From the NCBI GenBank assembly GCA_963662755.1, contig OY759725.1:941781-1005780 (forward strand): a stretch of 64,000 nt of DNA, read 5' to 3'. Origin of the DNA: an uncultured Sulfurimonas sp. Its GTDB lineage: Bacteria > Campylobacterota > Campylobacteria > Campylobacterales > Sulfurimonadaceae. The notes beneath the pieces are model-generated. The model saw only the letters and a list, made by a program, of their open reading frames with translations, was not told where the DNA came from and made no database searches. Below are positions 27,648 to 37,075 of the stretch, in pieces (the stretch's first letter is position 1; each line of letters opens with the position of its first letter). Made by a program: the position numbers and the translations under genes.

Positions 27648-28606
27648 TGAAACAGATATATACTTTTGGCAACTACTTAAAATCCAAGTTTGCTTGTAAA
27701 GTTTACAAAGTTGGGATTAACATCTCCGGCTTTACTTGTCCAAATATAGATGGAACAGTTGCTAAAGGTGGCTGTACCTTTTGTGAAAATGATTCCTTTA
27801 GTGCAAGCACTGGCGAAACTCAAGAATTAAAAGGTTTTCATCTAAATTTAGACTCTAAATCAAATCCAAACCTTCAAAAACAGCTTGATCAACTTGAGAT
27901 GCAATTTCGTGCCATTAGCAAAAGACAAATTGATGAATATGGCGCTCAAAAATTTTTAGTTTATTTTCAATCTTTTACAAATACATATGCTCCTTTTGAA
28001 ACCTTAAAAGCTCTTTATGATAAAGCTCTATCATTTGACAATGTAGTAGGTTTGAGCATAGGTACTCGCTCAGACTCCATTACAGACGAGACGCTTGATT
28101 ATTTAGCAAAACTAAATGAAGATAAAGAGATATGGATAGAGTTTGGAATCCAATCTGTTTATGATAAAACATTAGAAAAAATAAATCGTGGACACTCTAG
28201 CGATAATGTCAAAGAATGGATATTAAAGTCAAAAGAAAAGGGCTTAAATGTTTGTGGTCACCTTATTTTTGGTTTACCAGATGAAACTAAAGAAATGATG
28301 CTTGAGACTTCCAAAGAAGCTTATTTATGGGGAATAGATTCAGTAAAATATCATCCACTTTATGTTGTAAAAAAAACAGCATTAGCAAATGATTTTATAA
28401 GAGGAAATTTTACTCCTATAAGTGAAAAAGAATATCTTGATGTTTTAACTAAATCTATTATGATGAAGCCTGAGCACGTATCTGTTCAAAGAGTTACAGC
28501 TGGGATAAACGATCCTTCACTACTTTCTCCAGAGTGGTGTAGAGACAAAAATATGGGAATTAAAAATATAAATAAAGCACTAAAGCCCTTAGGACTCAAG
28601 TATTAA
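27647..28606 (+). CDS. TIGR01212 family radical SAM protein (YhcC-like)
   Basis: FTCPNIDGTVAKGGCTFC, YFQSFTNTY and IGTRSD; ATG overlaps the purF stop. Confidence 0.88.
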   Translation: MKQIYTFGNYLKSKFACKVYKVGINISGFTCPNIDGTVAKGGCTFCENDSFSASTGETQELKGFHLNLDSKSNPNLQKQLDQLEMQFRAISKRQIDEYGAQKFLVYFQSFTNTYAPFETLKALYDKALSFDNVVGLSIGTRSDSITDETLDYLAKLNEDKEIWIEFGIQSVYDKTLEKINRGHSSDNVKEWILKSKEKGLNVCGHLIFGLPDETKEMMLETSKEAYLWGIDSVKYHPLYVVKKTALANDFIRGNFTPISEKEYLDVLTKSIMMKPEHVSVQRVTAGINDPSLLSPEWCRDKNMGIKNINKALKPLGLKY

Positions 28607-28619
28607 CTAAACTATTTTT

Positions 28620-29174
28620 TTAATGTCCAGTTACTTTTACAAACTGTGCAACGCTCCTAAAATACGGTGGCCATCCAAAGTGAACTCTAAAAGCTTTCGC
28701 CTCTCCAGGTTTTAAGTTCTTTGCTATTACAAACTCTTTTACAATAGTTTGTGGTTTATAAAGTATTTCTGCGCCACCACTAAAAAAATCTAAAAAGCCA
28801 CTTGGTCTATAAAAATTTCCACCTTTAACATTTCCTGTGGCATGACCTTTATTTACAAGTTTTATCTCTATTGCTACTGTTCCTATTTCGTGATTACCTT
28901 CATTTTTTACAATTCCCGTATATACTATTTTTTCTATACTAAGCAATCTTTTATTTTCTAACTTATAAATTTTTGGAATTTTTGTATATTTGTCAATAAC
29001 CACAATGGAAAAACCAGCAAGCAAAGCACTTATCAAAAAAACTGATATCAACATAGGAAATATAAGTTTTTTGTTTGTTTGTTTAAAAGCAGAAACTACA
29101 CCACCTATAAATATAAAAAGAATTATAGCTAGTACAACATAGTGCCAATAGTTAAATAAAGTACTCATCTGCAT
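28620..29174 (-). CDS. DUF2393 family protein
   Basis: Two N-terminal TM segments followed by a beta-rich domain; tandem with the next gene. Confidence 0.65.
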   Translation of the reverse strand: MQMSTLFNYWHYVVLAIILFIFIGGVVSAFKQTNKKLIFPMLISVFLISALLAGFSIVVIDKYTKIPKIYKLENKRLLSIEKIVYTGIVKNEGNHEIGTVAIEIKLVNKGHATGNVKGGNFYRPSGFLDFFSGGAEILYKPQTIVKEFVIAKNLKPGEAKAFRVHFGWPPYFRSVAQFVKVTGH

Positions 29175-29677
29175 TTTGATCCAATCGAAATATTATAGTC
29201 TTTAGAGTAAGTAAAAGGCTCTATAAATAATTTAAAATCTCTAGTCTCACCTATTTTAATATCCTCTTCTAGAATCGACATTTTTGCCAATGGCTTAAAT
29301 GAATATATATAAGTTTTAAACTCATTTTTACTAACTTTTAATGCAGATGCACTAATAGTACAACTCTTAAAATTAAACTTTGAATCATTTTTAACACTCC
29401 CTTTTACAACAATTGCATTTGTATAGTTGAGTTTTTTTTGACTTGTAAGTTGTGTAGTATTTTTAAAAAGATATTCATGCATCTTAATATAACCAAGAGT
29501 AGGACCAAGAAAAAGAATAGAAAACGATATTATTATAAGAATTATAGCTAGTAAAGTTTTTTTTCTAAGAAGAATACCTAACACAATAAATAAAATAAAA
29601 AGTCCAAAAACAGCACCAAAAAGGATGTAATCATAAGTGATTAGTCCATTTATAAAGGCTGTAATTTTTGATTTCAT
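29165..29677 (-). CDS. DUF2393 family protein
   Basis: Two TM segments; GSVKNDSK..FKSCTI..; paralog of the adjacent gene. Confidence 0.65.
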   Translation of the reverse strand: MKSKITAFINGLITYDYILFGAVFGLFILFIVLGILLRKKTLLAIILIIISFSILFLGPTLGYIKMHEYLFKNTTQLTSQKKLNYTNAIVVKGSVKNDSKFNFKSCTISASALKVSKNEFKTYIYSFKPLAKMSILEEDIKIGETRDFKLFIEPFTYSKDYNISIGSKCR

Positions 29678-29681
29678 CTAT

Positions 29682-30362
29682 CTACTTATTTCTTGAATTT
29701 TTCTCAGCTATTCCACTCATATCAAATCTACGAGCTAGCTCTTGTTTGATTCTATCTGGAGATATATTTTTTACAGCTAAAGCAACAAGCATATGGTATG
29801 TTAAATCTGCGGCTTCATATATCATCTCATGCTCATCATCATCTTTATATGCAAAGCTAAATTCTCCAGCTTCTTCTACAACTTTTTTAAGTATTGTATT
29901 ATCGCCTTTGCTTATTAGTTTTGCTGTCCATGAAGACTCAGGATCTGCATATTTACGTTCTTGTATTGTATGATAGAGAGTATCAATTACTCCATATAGA
30001 GCATTTGAGCTAACTTCAACTTCAGAGTTAATCTCTCCACTTTCTAATTCTGTAAAAAAACATGAACGACGACCTGTATGACAAGCTACACCCTCTTGAG
30101 TCACTTTTATCAAAAGAGTGTCGTTATCACAGTCAATATTAAAAGAGTGGATTTTTTGAATATGCCCACTACTTTCACCTTTTTTCCAAATACGCTGTTT
30201 ACTTCTAGAGTAATAATGAGCTATTTTAGTGGATAATGAGAGTTCTAATGCTTCTTTATCCATATAAGCCATCATTAAAACTTCACTATTTGCATTATCT
30301 TGAACAATTACTGGCAAGAGATTACTCTTTTGCCAATCTACTCTATTTAATATTTCTTGCAT
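29682..30362 (-). CDS. hisIE: Bifunctional phosphoribosyl-AMP cyclohydrolase/phosphoribosyl-ATP pyrophosphatase
   Basis: SRSKQRIWKKGESSG, DCDNDTLL, ACHTGRRSCF and KKVVEEAGE. Confidence 0.97.
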   Translation of the reverse strand: MQEILNRVDWQKSNLLPVIVQDNANSEVLMMAYMDKEALELSLSTKIAHYYSRSKQRIWKKGESSGHIQKIHSFNIDCDNDTLLIKVTQEGVACHTGRRSCFFTELESGEINSEVEVSSNALYGVIDTLYHTIQERKYADPESSWTAKLISKGDNTILKKVVEEAGEFSFAYKDDDEHEMIYEAADLTYHMLVALAVKNISPDRIKQELARRFDMSGIAEKNSRNK

Positions 30363-30370
30363 AATTTCTC

Positions 30371-31474
30371 TTAGTTAGCTGTAGTTCTTTTTTTAACATC
30401 TTTAGTATCAACCCAAATATTTGGAGTTGAACCACCAGGTGTTAAAAATATTTTTGCATCTGTGTTTGTTTTAAGAGCTTCATTGAACTGACCTTGAACT
30501 TTTAACTGTTCTAACTCTAAAAGTTTTGATGTTAATGATTTAGCAATTAAAATATTTGCTTTTGCTTTTGCATCTGCTTCAATAGTCACAGCATCTGCAA
30601 TACCTTGAGCTTCAATACGAGCTTTTTGAGCTACACCTTCTGCTTCAGCAGCTCTTTTTAAAGCTTCTTGTTTTGCACGTTGAACATCTTGTTCTGCTTT
30701 TTGAACTTCTTGTTTTGCAACTTGAACTCTCTCAATTTGATCTTTTACTTTTTGAGGTAGTCCAATTTCACGAAGTTGAACTGATTGTAAATCTGCTGGA
30801 GAATTTTTAAGACCTGTTACACTATCTCTTACGCCTTTATCTATCTCTGCTGCTATTTTATTTCTAAGTTGTGGCAAAGATTCTGCATCGTATTTACCTA
30901 CAACGTTACGAACAACATCTCTTACAACAGGATTGATAATTTTATCTTCCCAACTAAATCCCCAGTTTGAAATAGTTTGAGCTGCAAACTGAGAATTAAG
31001 TCTGTATTGAACTGTAAGCTCAATAGAAACAGGAAGACCACGCTTATCAAGAACTGTAATAGCAGGTTTTGCACCAATACCTGAAGTACTTCCACCAGTA
31101 GCTTCTATGCGAGATGCATAGTTAATAATACGAACTTTAGTATCAACTACATAAACTTTTTGTATTACAGGAATGATAAAATGAAGTCCAGGAAGTAGAG
31201 CTTGATCTTGATACTTACCATTTGTACTTAAAATACCGCGTTCACCCTCTTGGATGATTGTAAAAGGTTTTGCTAAAACTAGCATAATAACAACAGCCAC
31301 CAAAAAGTAAACTATCCCTGCTTTACCACCACCAAAATTCATATCTATCTTTGGCATCTGTGGTCCACCGCCAGAACCTCCGCTAGATTTTTTTCCAAAT
31401 CCACCACTTTCACTTTTTTTCTTATTAAAATAGTCATTCATATCTGATGCCATAAGTATATTATCCCCATTCAT
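30371..31474 (-). CDS. SPFH/prohibitin (band 7) family protein
   Basis: Gly-rich N-terminus, TM segment, PGLHFIIP, SPFH core and EA-rich coiled coil. Confidence 0.88.
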   Translation of the reverse strand: MNGDNILMASDMNDYFNKKKSESGGFGKKSSGGSGGGPQMPKIDMNFGGGKAGIVYFLVAVVIMLVLAKPFTIIQEGERGILSTNGKYQDQALLPGLHFIIPVIQKVYVVDTKVRIINYASRIEATGGSTSGIGAKPAITVLDKRGLPVSIELTVQYRLNSQFAAQTISNWGFSWEDKIINPVVRDVVRNVVGKYDAESLPQLRNKIAAEIDKGVRDSVTGLKNSPADLQSVQLREIGLPQKVKDQIERVQVAKQEVQKAEQDVQRAKQEALKRAAEAEGVAQKARIEAQGIADAVTIEADAKAKANILIAKSLTSKLLELEQLKVQGQFNEALKTNTDAKIFLTPGGSTPNIWVDTKDVKKRTTAN

Positions 31475-31499
31475 GCTAAAATTTCCTTTTGTCTCTTTA

Positions 31500-31555
31500 G
31501 GATGTGAGGCTTTAACCTCACCTGTTATCTTTAGTACGACTAATGTCGTACATCC
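31500..31555. repeat. Inverted pair of GGATGT-footed hairpins (REP-doublet-like)
   Basis: ggatGTGAGG-ctttaa-CCTCAC on + (31500-31521) and ggatGTACGAC-atta-GTCGTAC on - (31555-31534). Confidence 0.55.
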
Positions 31556-31558
31556 GAA

Positions 31559-32479
31559 CTAGTCTATATAAGTTAAATAGTGCTCATATTTTTTATTGCG
31601 ACCAAAAACTATATCAAAGTATGTACTTTGTAGTTTTTCTGTTATTACTCCGCGAGAACCAGCACCAATTTCTCTTGCATCTACAATTCTTACAGGTGTT
31701 ATTTCAGCTGCAGTTCCTGTTAAAAATGCTTCATCTGCGATATAAACTTCTTCTCTTGAGATGCGACGACGCTCAACTTCTATGCCCATATCTTCAGCAA
31801 TTTCTATAACTGTCTTTTGAGTAATAGAAACAAGAGCATTGTCGCTCGGTGGAGTTACAAGTTTTCCATTAACTACCATAAAAAAACTAGCTCCAGATGC
31901 TTCAGCCACATAGCCTTGATCATCTAAAAGCAATGCTTCATCATAACCACAATCAATAGCTTCATATTTAGCCATTTGAGAGTTTAGGTAATTTGCAGTT
32001 GCTTTTGCTTTACCCATATTTGAAGTGTTTGCTGGTCTGCTCATTGAAGCAATTTTTAGCTTAATACCTTTTTGAAGTCCTTCTTCACCAAGGTATGCAC
32101 CCCACTCCCAAGCTGACATAACAGTCTCAACAGGAGCATTTTTATGATAAACACCCATAACACCATAGCCTAAAAAAGCAAAAGGACGAAGATATACATT
32201 ATCTCCTGTAAACTCATTTTTTCTGATTAAATCAATTTGTGCTTGATTCATCTCTTCTACTGAGTAAGGAATGTTAAGAAGAGTCATTTTAGCAGACTCT
32301 TTTAATCTTGTAGTATGATCATTTAAGCGAAAAATCGCATAACCTTTGTCAGTTTTGTAAGCTTTAGTACCTTCTATTACACCATTTCCATAATGTATAG
32401 TATGCGAAAGTACATGCACTTTAGCATCATCCCAAGCTACAAATTTTCCATTCATCCAAATATATTTGGCTGCGTCCAT
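31559..32479 (-). CDS. ilvE: Branched-chain amino acid aminotransferase
   Basis: HYGNGVIEG, KATANYLNS, EASGASFF, FLTGTAAEITP; start moved to MDAAKY at 32479 (ggag SD). Confidence 0.96.
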   Translation of the reverse strand: MDAAKYIWMNGKFVAWDDAKVHVLSHTIHYGNGVIEGTKAYKTDKGYAIFRLNDHTTRLKESAKMTLLNIPYSVEEMNQAQIDLIRKNEFTGDNVYLRPFAFLGYGVMGVYHKNAPVETVMSAWEWGAYLGEEGLQKGIKLKIASMSRPANTSNMGKAKATANYLNSQMAKYEAIDCGYDEALLLDDQGYVAEASGASFFMVVNGKLVTPPSDNALVSITQKTVIEIAEDMGIEVERRRISREEVYIADEAFLTGTAAEITPVRIVDAREIGAGSRGVITEKLQSTYFDIVFGRNKKYEHYLTYID

Positions 32480-32577
32480 TAAAATCTCCAATAATTTTGA
32501 CTTTATAAATTGTTGATATTTTATCCAAAATGCTGTTTATTATGTGTTAAAGGGAGTAATGCAATAAAATGAGAGAG

Positions 32578-32603
32578 AAAAGCCCATGTCTCAAGTGGGC
32601 TTT
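32578..32603 (-). terminator. Rho-independent terminator after the porin gene
   Basis: aaagccca/tgggcttt stem followed by a T-run on the minus strand. Confidence 0.65.
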
Positions 32604-32640
32604 AAAAAAACAGGTAATAGAGTGTTTTTATATTAAATTT

Positions 32641-33879
32641 TTACCAATGAACCTCAGCTGTAATCATCCCTGCATCCCAATCTTGAGTAGCATCACCTTT
32701 ATAATTCCTATTATCAGATGCTCTAAATGATTGACCTGATAGTAACCATTTTACATTTTTGTTTTGTTGCCATGCTAGAGCGTAAATTGCGTTATTTGTA
32801 GTTTGATCAACATCTGTAGTTTGATTTTCACAAGTCCATACATCATAACGACCAATTATTGAAAACTCTTTTTTAGAACCAAAACGTCCAGTTACATTTA
32901 CTGAATAACCTTTACCGTTATACTTACTTGTACCTTTGTTCTCATTGTCTGCTTGTATGTATTGCGCAGCTATTAAAAAATTTGGAATGTTATAAACAGC
33001 ATGCAAACCATAAAAAGCATAAGTTTGCGCTTTACCTTTAGCATCTTCGTTAGAAGAATTATCCATATTGTACTGACCAAAAAATGAAGCATCTAAATAA
33101 CTATCTTTAGTTGCTTTTCTTTTCTTTTTACCATTTCCAAGAAATGCACCTGTAAGTCTCCACTCAGCAGAATTTCCAGAACCAATTTCATCATTTGTTC
33201 CATTAGAACCATGATAACCTTCACCATTAAAGATACCAAGCTCAGATGTAAAATAATCAGTTTTAGTTTTTAAATTAAAACCTAAATCTGCTGAGTTTGT
33301 AAGATGCCCAGCTTCATCAGCTTCTGCAAAAACTTTAGATATTGAGCGCATCCACCAACCCTGATGCTCTTCATAATCAATCCAAGGACGGTGCGCCATA
33401 CCCATTTCTACACCTGTAAATGGTAAAACATCATCTAAATAAAGATACGCATATTTAGCAAAAATATCTGCATAACCATCTTTAGCAGAACTATATACAG
33501 TATCTAAAGTAACACGTAAGTAAGACTTGGGATCTTCTAGTAAATAAGCCTTAACTTGAAGGTAGTTTCTTCTAAGTTCAAAGTTTCCAGTTGCTGTTTG
33601 AGGCATAGCAGCACTTCCAGCTTTTGCAGCATTAGCATCTGTAGCACTTAAATTTTTCTTATCTTGGTAAGTATAACCTAGGTAATGAGTACCACTAAAT
33701 TGAAGTTTAGACGATTTAGAAAAAACACTTGTTTTGTCAGATTGAATCTCTGTACGACCTTCACCAGCAGTTGTGAATACTTGACCTTTGCTATCTGTAT
33801 ATAATTTTAGCTCATCCGCAGATGCTCCAACCGTACTAATTGTTAATGCAACTAAAGCTGATAAAACGATTTTTTTCAT
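32641..33879 (-). CDS. Outer-membrane porin, probably phosphate-starvation induced
   Basis: Signal peptide, amphipathic beta pattern, FELRRNYLQVK, C-terminal aromatic residue (EVHW); next to pstS with a Pho-like box. Confidence 0.7.
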   Translation of the reverse strand: MKKIVLSALVALTISTVGASADELKLYTDSKGQVFTTAGEGRTEIQSDKTSVFSKSSKLQFSGTHYLGYTYQDKKNLSATDANAAKAGSAAMPQTATGNFELRRNYLQVKAYLLEDPKSYLRVTLDTVYSSAKDGYADIFAKYAYLYLDDVLPFTGVEMGMAHRPWIDYEEHQGWWMRSISKVFAEADEAGHLTNSADLGFNLKTKTDYFTSELGIFNGEGYHGSNGTNDEIGSGNSAEWRLTGAFLGNGKKKRKATKDSYLDASFFGQYNMDNSSNEDAKGKAQTYAFYGLHAVYNIPNFLIAAQYIQADNENKGTSKYNGKGYSVNVTGRFGSKKEFSIIGRYDVWTCENQTTDVDQTTNNAIYALAWQQNKNVKWLLSGQSFRASDNRNYKGDATQDWDAGMITAEVHW

Positions 33880-33923
33880 TATGTTAAATTCCTTTTTTGT
33901 TTGTAAAAGTATAAAATTTTTTG

Positions 33924-33940
33924 ATTACATTTAGATTACA
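33924..33940 (-). promoter_or_regulatory. Pho-box-like direct repeat for the porin gene
   Basis: TGTAAT-ctaaa-TGTAAT, 10 nt before TATACT (33913-33908). Confidence 0.7.
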
Positions 33941-33948
33941 CTTAAAAT

Positions 33949-34953
33949 CTATTGAAGATTTGCTTTCCAATACTCTCTAACCATTTTTTTAGTAGCTTCA
34001 GGAAGGGGTATGTATCCTAATTTTTTACATGCTAAGTCACCATTATTAAATGCATAGTTATAAAACTCGGCTACCTTAGTGTTCATTTGAGATTTCTCTT
34101 TTGGCAACAATATAAATGTAGCAGCAACAATAGGATAAGAAGTATCTCCAGGCTGTAGAGCTAACATGGCATAAAAATTATCTTCTTTAGTCCAACTTGC
34201 ATACTTGGCAGCGGCTTTAAAGGTTTCTTCATTTGCAACAACCCATTTGCCACTAGCAGTTTTTAGTATAGCTGCACTTAAGTTATTTTTTTCCTTATAA
34301 GCATTTTCTATATAACCGATTGAATTTGGAGTCTGCTTAACTAAATTAGCAACGCCCTCATTACCTTTTCCTCCAATGCCAACCGCCCAAGCAACTGTTT
34401 TACCTATACCAAAATTTTCTTTCCAATTTTGTGAGCTTTTAGATAGATAGTATGTAAAATTATATGTCGTTCCAGACCCATCAGATCTATGAACCACAAT
34501 AATTTTTTCATTTGGAAGATTCACTCCACTATTATTAGAAACAATTTTCTCATCATTCCATTTTGTAATTTTACCTGCAAATATATCTGCTACAACATCA
34601 TTTGGTAACTTTAAAGTTTCATCAGAAATACCATCAATATTAAACGCTACAACGATTGAGCCAATTGCTGCAGGAAACTGCAATAGTTTCTCTTCATTTA
34701 ACTTCTTAGAATCTAATGGTTTATCAGATGCACCAAAATCTACAATTCGTTTGCTAATTTGCTTAATTCCTCCACCCGAACCTATTGATTGGTAATTAAC
34801 ACGATTTTTAGTATCTTTTTTATAACTAAATGCCCAGTCATAATATAGAGGAGCAGGAAAGGATGCACCAGCACCATTAATTTTATCAGCAGCTACTGAT
34901 GAACTAACAAGAACAGATGCAACTAATGCAGTGCCAAGTATCTTTTTTAACAT
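33949..34953 (-). CDS. pstS: Phosphate ABC transporter substrate-binding protein
   Basis: GAGASFPAPLY, YQSIGSGGG, FGASD, RSDGSGTT, GKGNEGV and YPIV. Confidence 0.96.
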   Translation of the reverse strand: MLKKILGTALVASVLVSSSVAADKINGAGASFPAPLYYDWAFSYKKDTKNRVNYQSIGSGGGIKQISKRIVDFGASDKPLDSKKLNEEKLLQFPAAIGSIVVAFNIDGISDETLKLPNDVVADIFAGKITKWNDEKIVSNNSGVNLPNEKIIVVHRSDGSGTTYNFTYYLSKSSQNWKENFGIGKTVAWAVGIGGKGNEGVANLVKQTPNSIGYIENAYKEKNNLSAAILKTASGKWVVANEETFKAAAKYASWTKEDNFYAMLALQPGDTSYPIVAATFILLPKEKSQMNTKVAEFYNYAFNNGDLACKKLGYIPLPEATKKMVREYWKANLQ

Positions 34954-34996
34954 TTTCGTACCTTTTATTTAAGATACGAAATTGTAAATCTACAAT

Positions 34997-35013
34997 GTTA
35001 CAATGTAATTACA
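34997..35013 (-). promoter_or_regulatory. Pho-box-like direct repeat for pstS
   Basis: TGTAAT-tacat-TGTAAC, 10 nt before TACAAT (34986-34981). Confidence 0.7.
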
Positions 35014-35028
35014 AAAGCTTCTATTTTT

Positions 35029-35045
35029 AGTAATCCTTTTGTAAT
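35029..35045 (+). promoter_or_regulatory. Inverted auxiliary Pho-box-like repeat upstream of pstS
   Basis: AGTAAT-ccttt-TGTAAT; no -10 hexamer at 10 nt. Confidence 0.5.
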
Positions 35046-35052
35046 CTAATAC

Positions 35053-35955
35053 TTACTTTTTAAGTGAAAATTTAAATGATTTTTCCATAGCTATGGCTTC
35101 ATCGCGACCATATACTATAATATCATCATCCACTTTTACATCATTAGAAGAAATCTTATCTGGATAATCTACAAAATTTAATATATGTTTAATGCAGTTA
35201 ATTCTCGCTTTTTTCTTATCATCGCTTTTAACTATTGTCCACGGTGCTATATCCGTATGAGTAGAACTTAACATCATATATTTCGCGAGTGAATACTCGT
35301 TCCATAATTTTTGTGACTCTTTATCAACAGGCGATAGTTTGTACTGTTTTAAAGGGTCTGTTTCCCTAGCTTTAAATCTTTTTGCTTGCTCATCTTTAGA
35401 TACTGAAAAGTAAAACTTAAAAATCTGCATCTCATCTTCTGCAATCATCGCCTCAAATTTCGGTGCATCTTTTAAAAACTTATGATGTTCTCGCTCAGTA
35501 CAAAAACCCATAACAGGTTCAACCATAGATCTGTTATACCAGCTTCTATCAAACAAAACTATTTCACCAGCACTTGGCAGATGCTTTACATATCTTTGAA
35601 AATACCATTGTGTTTTTTCTATATCGCTTGGTTTTTCTAAGGCTACAACTCTTGCACCCCTTGGATTTAGATGTTCAGTGATTCTTTTTATAGTTCCACC
35701 TTTACCAGCTGCATCTCGACCTTCAAATATCATAAGCACTTTTAAGCCATTTTCTTTTACATGATTTTGAAATTTTAGTAGTTCAACTTGGAGTTTTTCT
35801 AACTCTTCTTCATATAAAAGTTTTTCTTCTTTAACCCAAATTCTAACCTTACCATCTTTTTTTTTCTCTCTTCTATCTCTATCTAAATGTCTTCTGTCTT
35901 CTTCTCTTCTTAATTCTTTTTTCAACTCTTTTTTTGTTAACTTTTCTTCTTTCAC
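35053..35955 (-). CDS. ppk2: Polyphosphate kinase 2
   Basis: GTG start; FEGRDAAGKGG, WYFQRY, FDRSWYNR and SPVD. Confidence 0.95.
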   Translation of the reverse strand: MKEEKLTKKELKKELRREEDRRHLDRDRREKKKDGKVRIWVKEEKLLYEEELEKLQVELLKFQNHVKENGLKVLMIFEGRDAAGKGGTIKRITEHLNPRGARVVALEKPSDIEKTQWYFQRYVKHLPSAGEIVLFDRSWYNRSMVEPVMGFCTEREHHKFLKDAPKFEAMIAEDEMQIFKFYFSVSKDEQAKRFKARETDPLKQYKLSPVDKESQKLWNEYSLAKYMMLSSTHTDIAPWTIVKSDDKKKARINCIKHILNFVDYPDKISSNDVKVDDDIIVYGRDEAIAMEKSFKFSLKK

Positions 35956-35966
35956 GTGAATCCTTT

Positions 35967-36863
35967 TTATCCTATAAACTTACCTGTGCTTGTTACTTGT
36001 GCATCCATTATCTCTATCTCTCTAGCTCCTGAAATAACAACTTCTGGATTTAAAGAGTAGTTTAGATGCTCATCTCGTCCCTCATAATCAACAGTATTTA
36101 GTATAACTTTCATAGATTCAAGTCTTGCTAATTGTTTATCTTTTGATCTAATAATTGTCCATGGTGCATTGTGTGAATGAGTTTGTTTTATCATATTGTA
36201 TTTTGTAATAGTAAAATCATCCCATCTGTCTTGTGCTTGAAGATCTATCTCGCTAAGTTTCCATTGTCTTAGAGGATCATTTTTACGTCTTGCAAATCTT
36301 CTTGCTTGCTCATCTTTTGTAACACTATAATAAAGTTTTACAAGAATTATACCTTGACGAACTAGGTCATTTTCAAACCCCTTTACACCATTCATAAAGT
36401 CCTCGTACTCTTTTTGAGTACAAAAATCAAATACAGATTCAACCATAGCTCTGTTATACCAGCTTCTATCAAAGAGTACTATCTCTCCTGAATGAGGAAA
36501 ATGTTGTACATATTTTTGATAAAACCATTGAGTTTTTTGTTCTTCTTTGGGCTTTCCAAGTGCTACTACACGATAATGTTTTTCATCCATATATCTTGTA
36601 ACTCTTCTTATTGTACCGCCTTTTCCAGCAGCATCTCGACCCTCAAAAAGAATAATCATCTTTTGATTTGTGTTTTCAAGATATTGTTGAAGTTTGATAA
36701 GTTCAGCTTGATAAGGCTTCAATTTTTGTTCATTATTTCTCTTTATCTCTGCTTTGCTTCTTATATTTTTTTGAGAACTAGATTTTTTGTACACTTTGAT
36801 TAACTCTTCGAGTGTTATCTGTTTTCCATCTATATTAAATACATCTTTTTCTTTTGTTGTCAT
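35967..36863 (-). CDS. ppk2: Polyphosphate kinase 2 (second paralog)
   Basis: FEGRDAAGKGG, WFYQKY, FDRSWYNR and WKLSEID. Confidence 0.95.
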   Translation of the reverse strand: MTTKEKDVFNIDGKQITLEELIKVYKKSSSQKNIRSKAEIKRNNEQKLKPYQAELIKLQQYLENTNQKMIILFEGRDAAGKGGTIRRVTRYMDEKHYRVVALGKPKEEQKTQWFYQKYVQHFPHSGEIVLFDRSWYNRAMVESVFDFCTQKEYEDFMNGVKGFENDLVRQGIILVKLYYSVTKDEQARRFARRKNDPLRQWKLSEIDLQAQDRWDDFTITKYNMIKQTHSHNAPWTIIRSKDKQLARLESMKVILNTVDYEGRDEHLNYSLNPEVVISGAREIEIMDAQVTSTGKFIG

Positions 36864-36972
36864 AAATACCCTTATATAGTTTTATAAATTTCAAATTTGT
36901 AAAATAGGATTAAAAACCCTTCTTCAAAAAGTATACTCCTACTTTTCTTGATAATATCTTCAAGCATAAAAG

Positions 36973-36989
36973 ATTACAAAATAGTTACA
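36973..36989 (-). promoter_or_regulatory. Pho-box-like repeat oriented toward ppk2
   Basis: TGTAAC-tattt-TGTAAT on the minus strand; no -10 hexamer at 10 nt. Confidence 0.55.
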
Positions 36990-37014
36990 AAGTCATGCAT
37001 TTTTTTACTACTTT

Positions 37015-37031
37015 AGTAACCTTGATGTAAT
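37015..37031 (+). promoter_or_regulatory. Pho-box-like direct repeat for pstC
   Basis: AGTAAC-cttga-TGTAAT, 10 nt before TAAAAT (37042-37047). Confidence 0.7.
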
Positions 37032-37075
37032 CATACTTTTTTAAAATTTCATACTTCAAAAAGAGGAGACAATTT

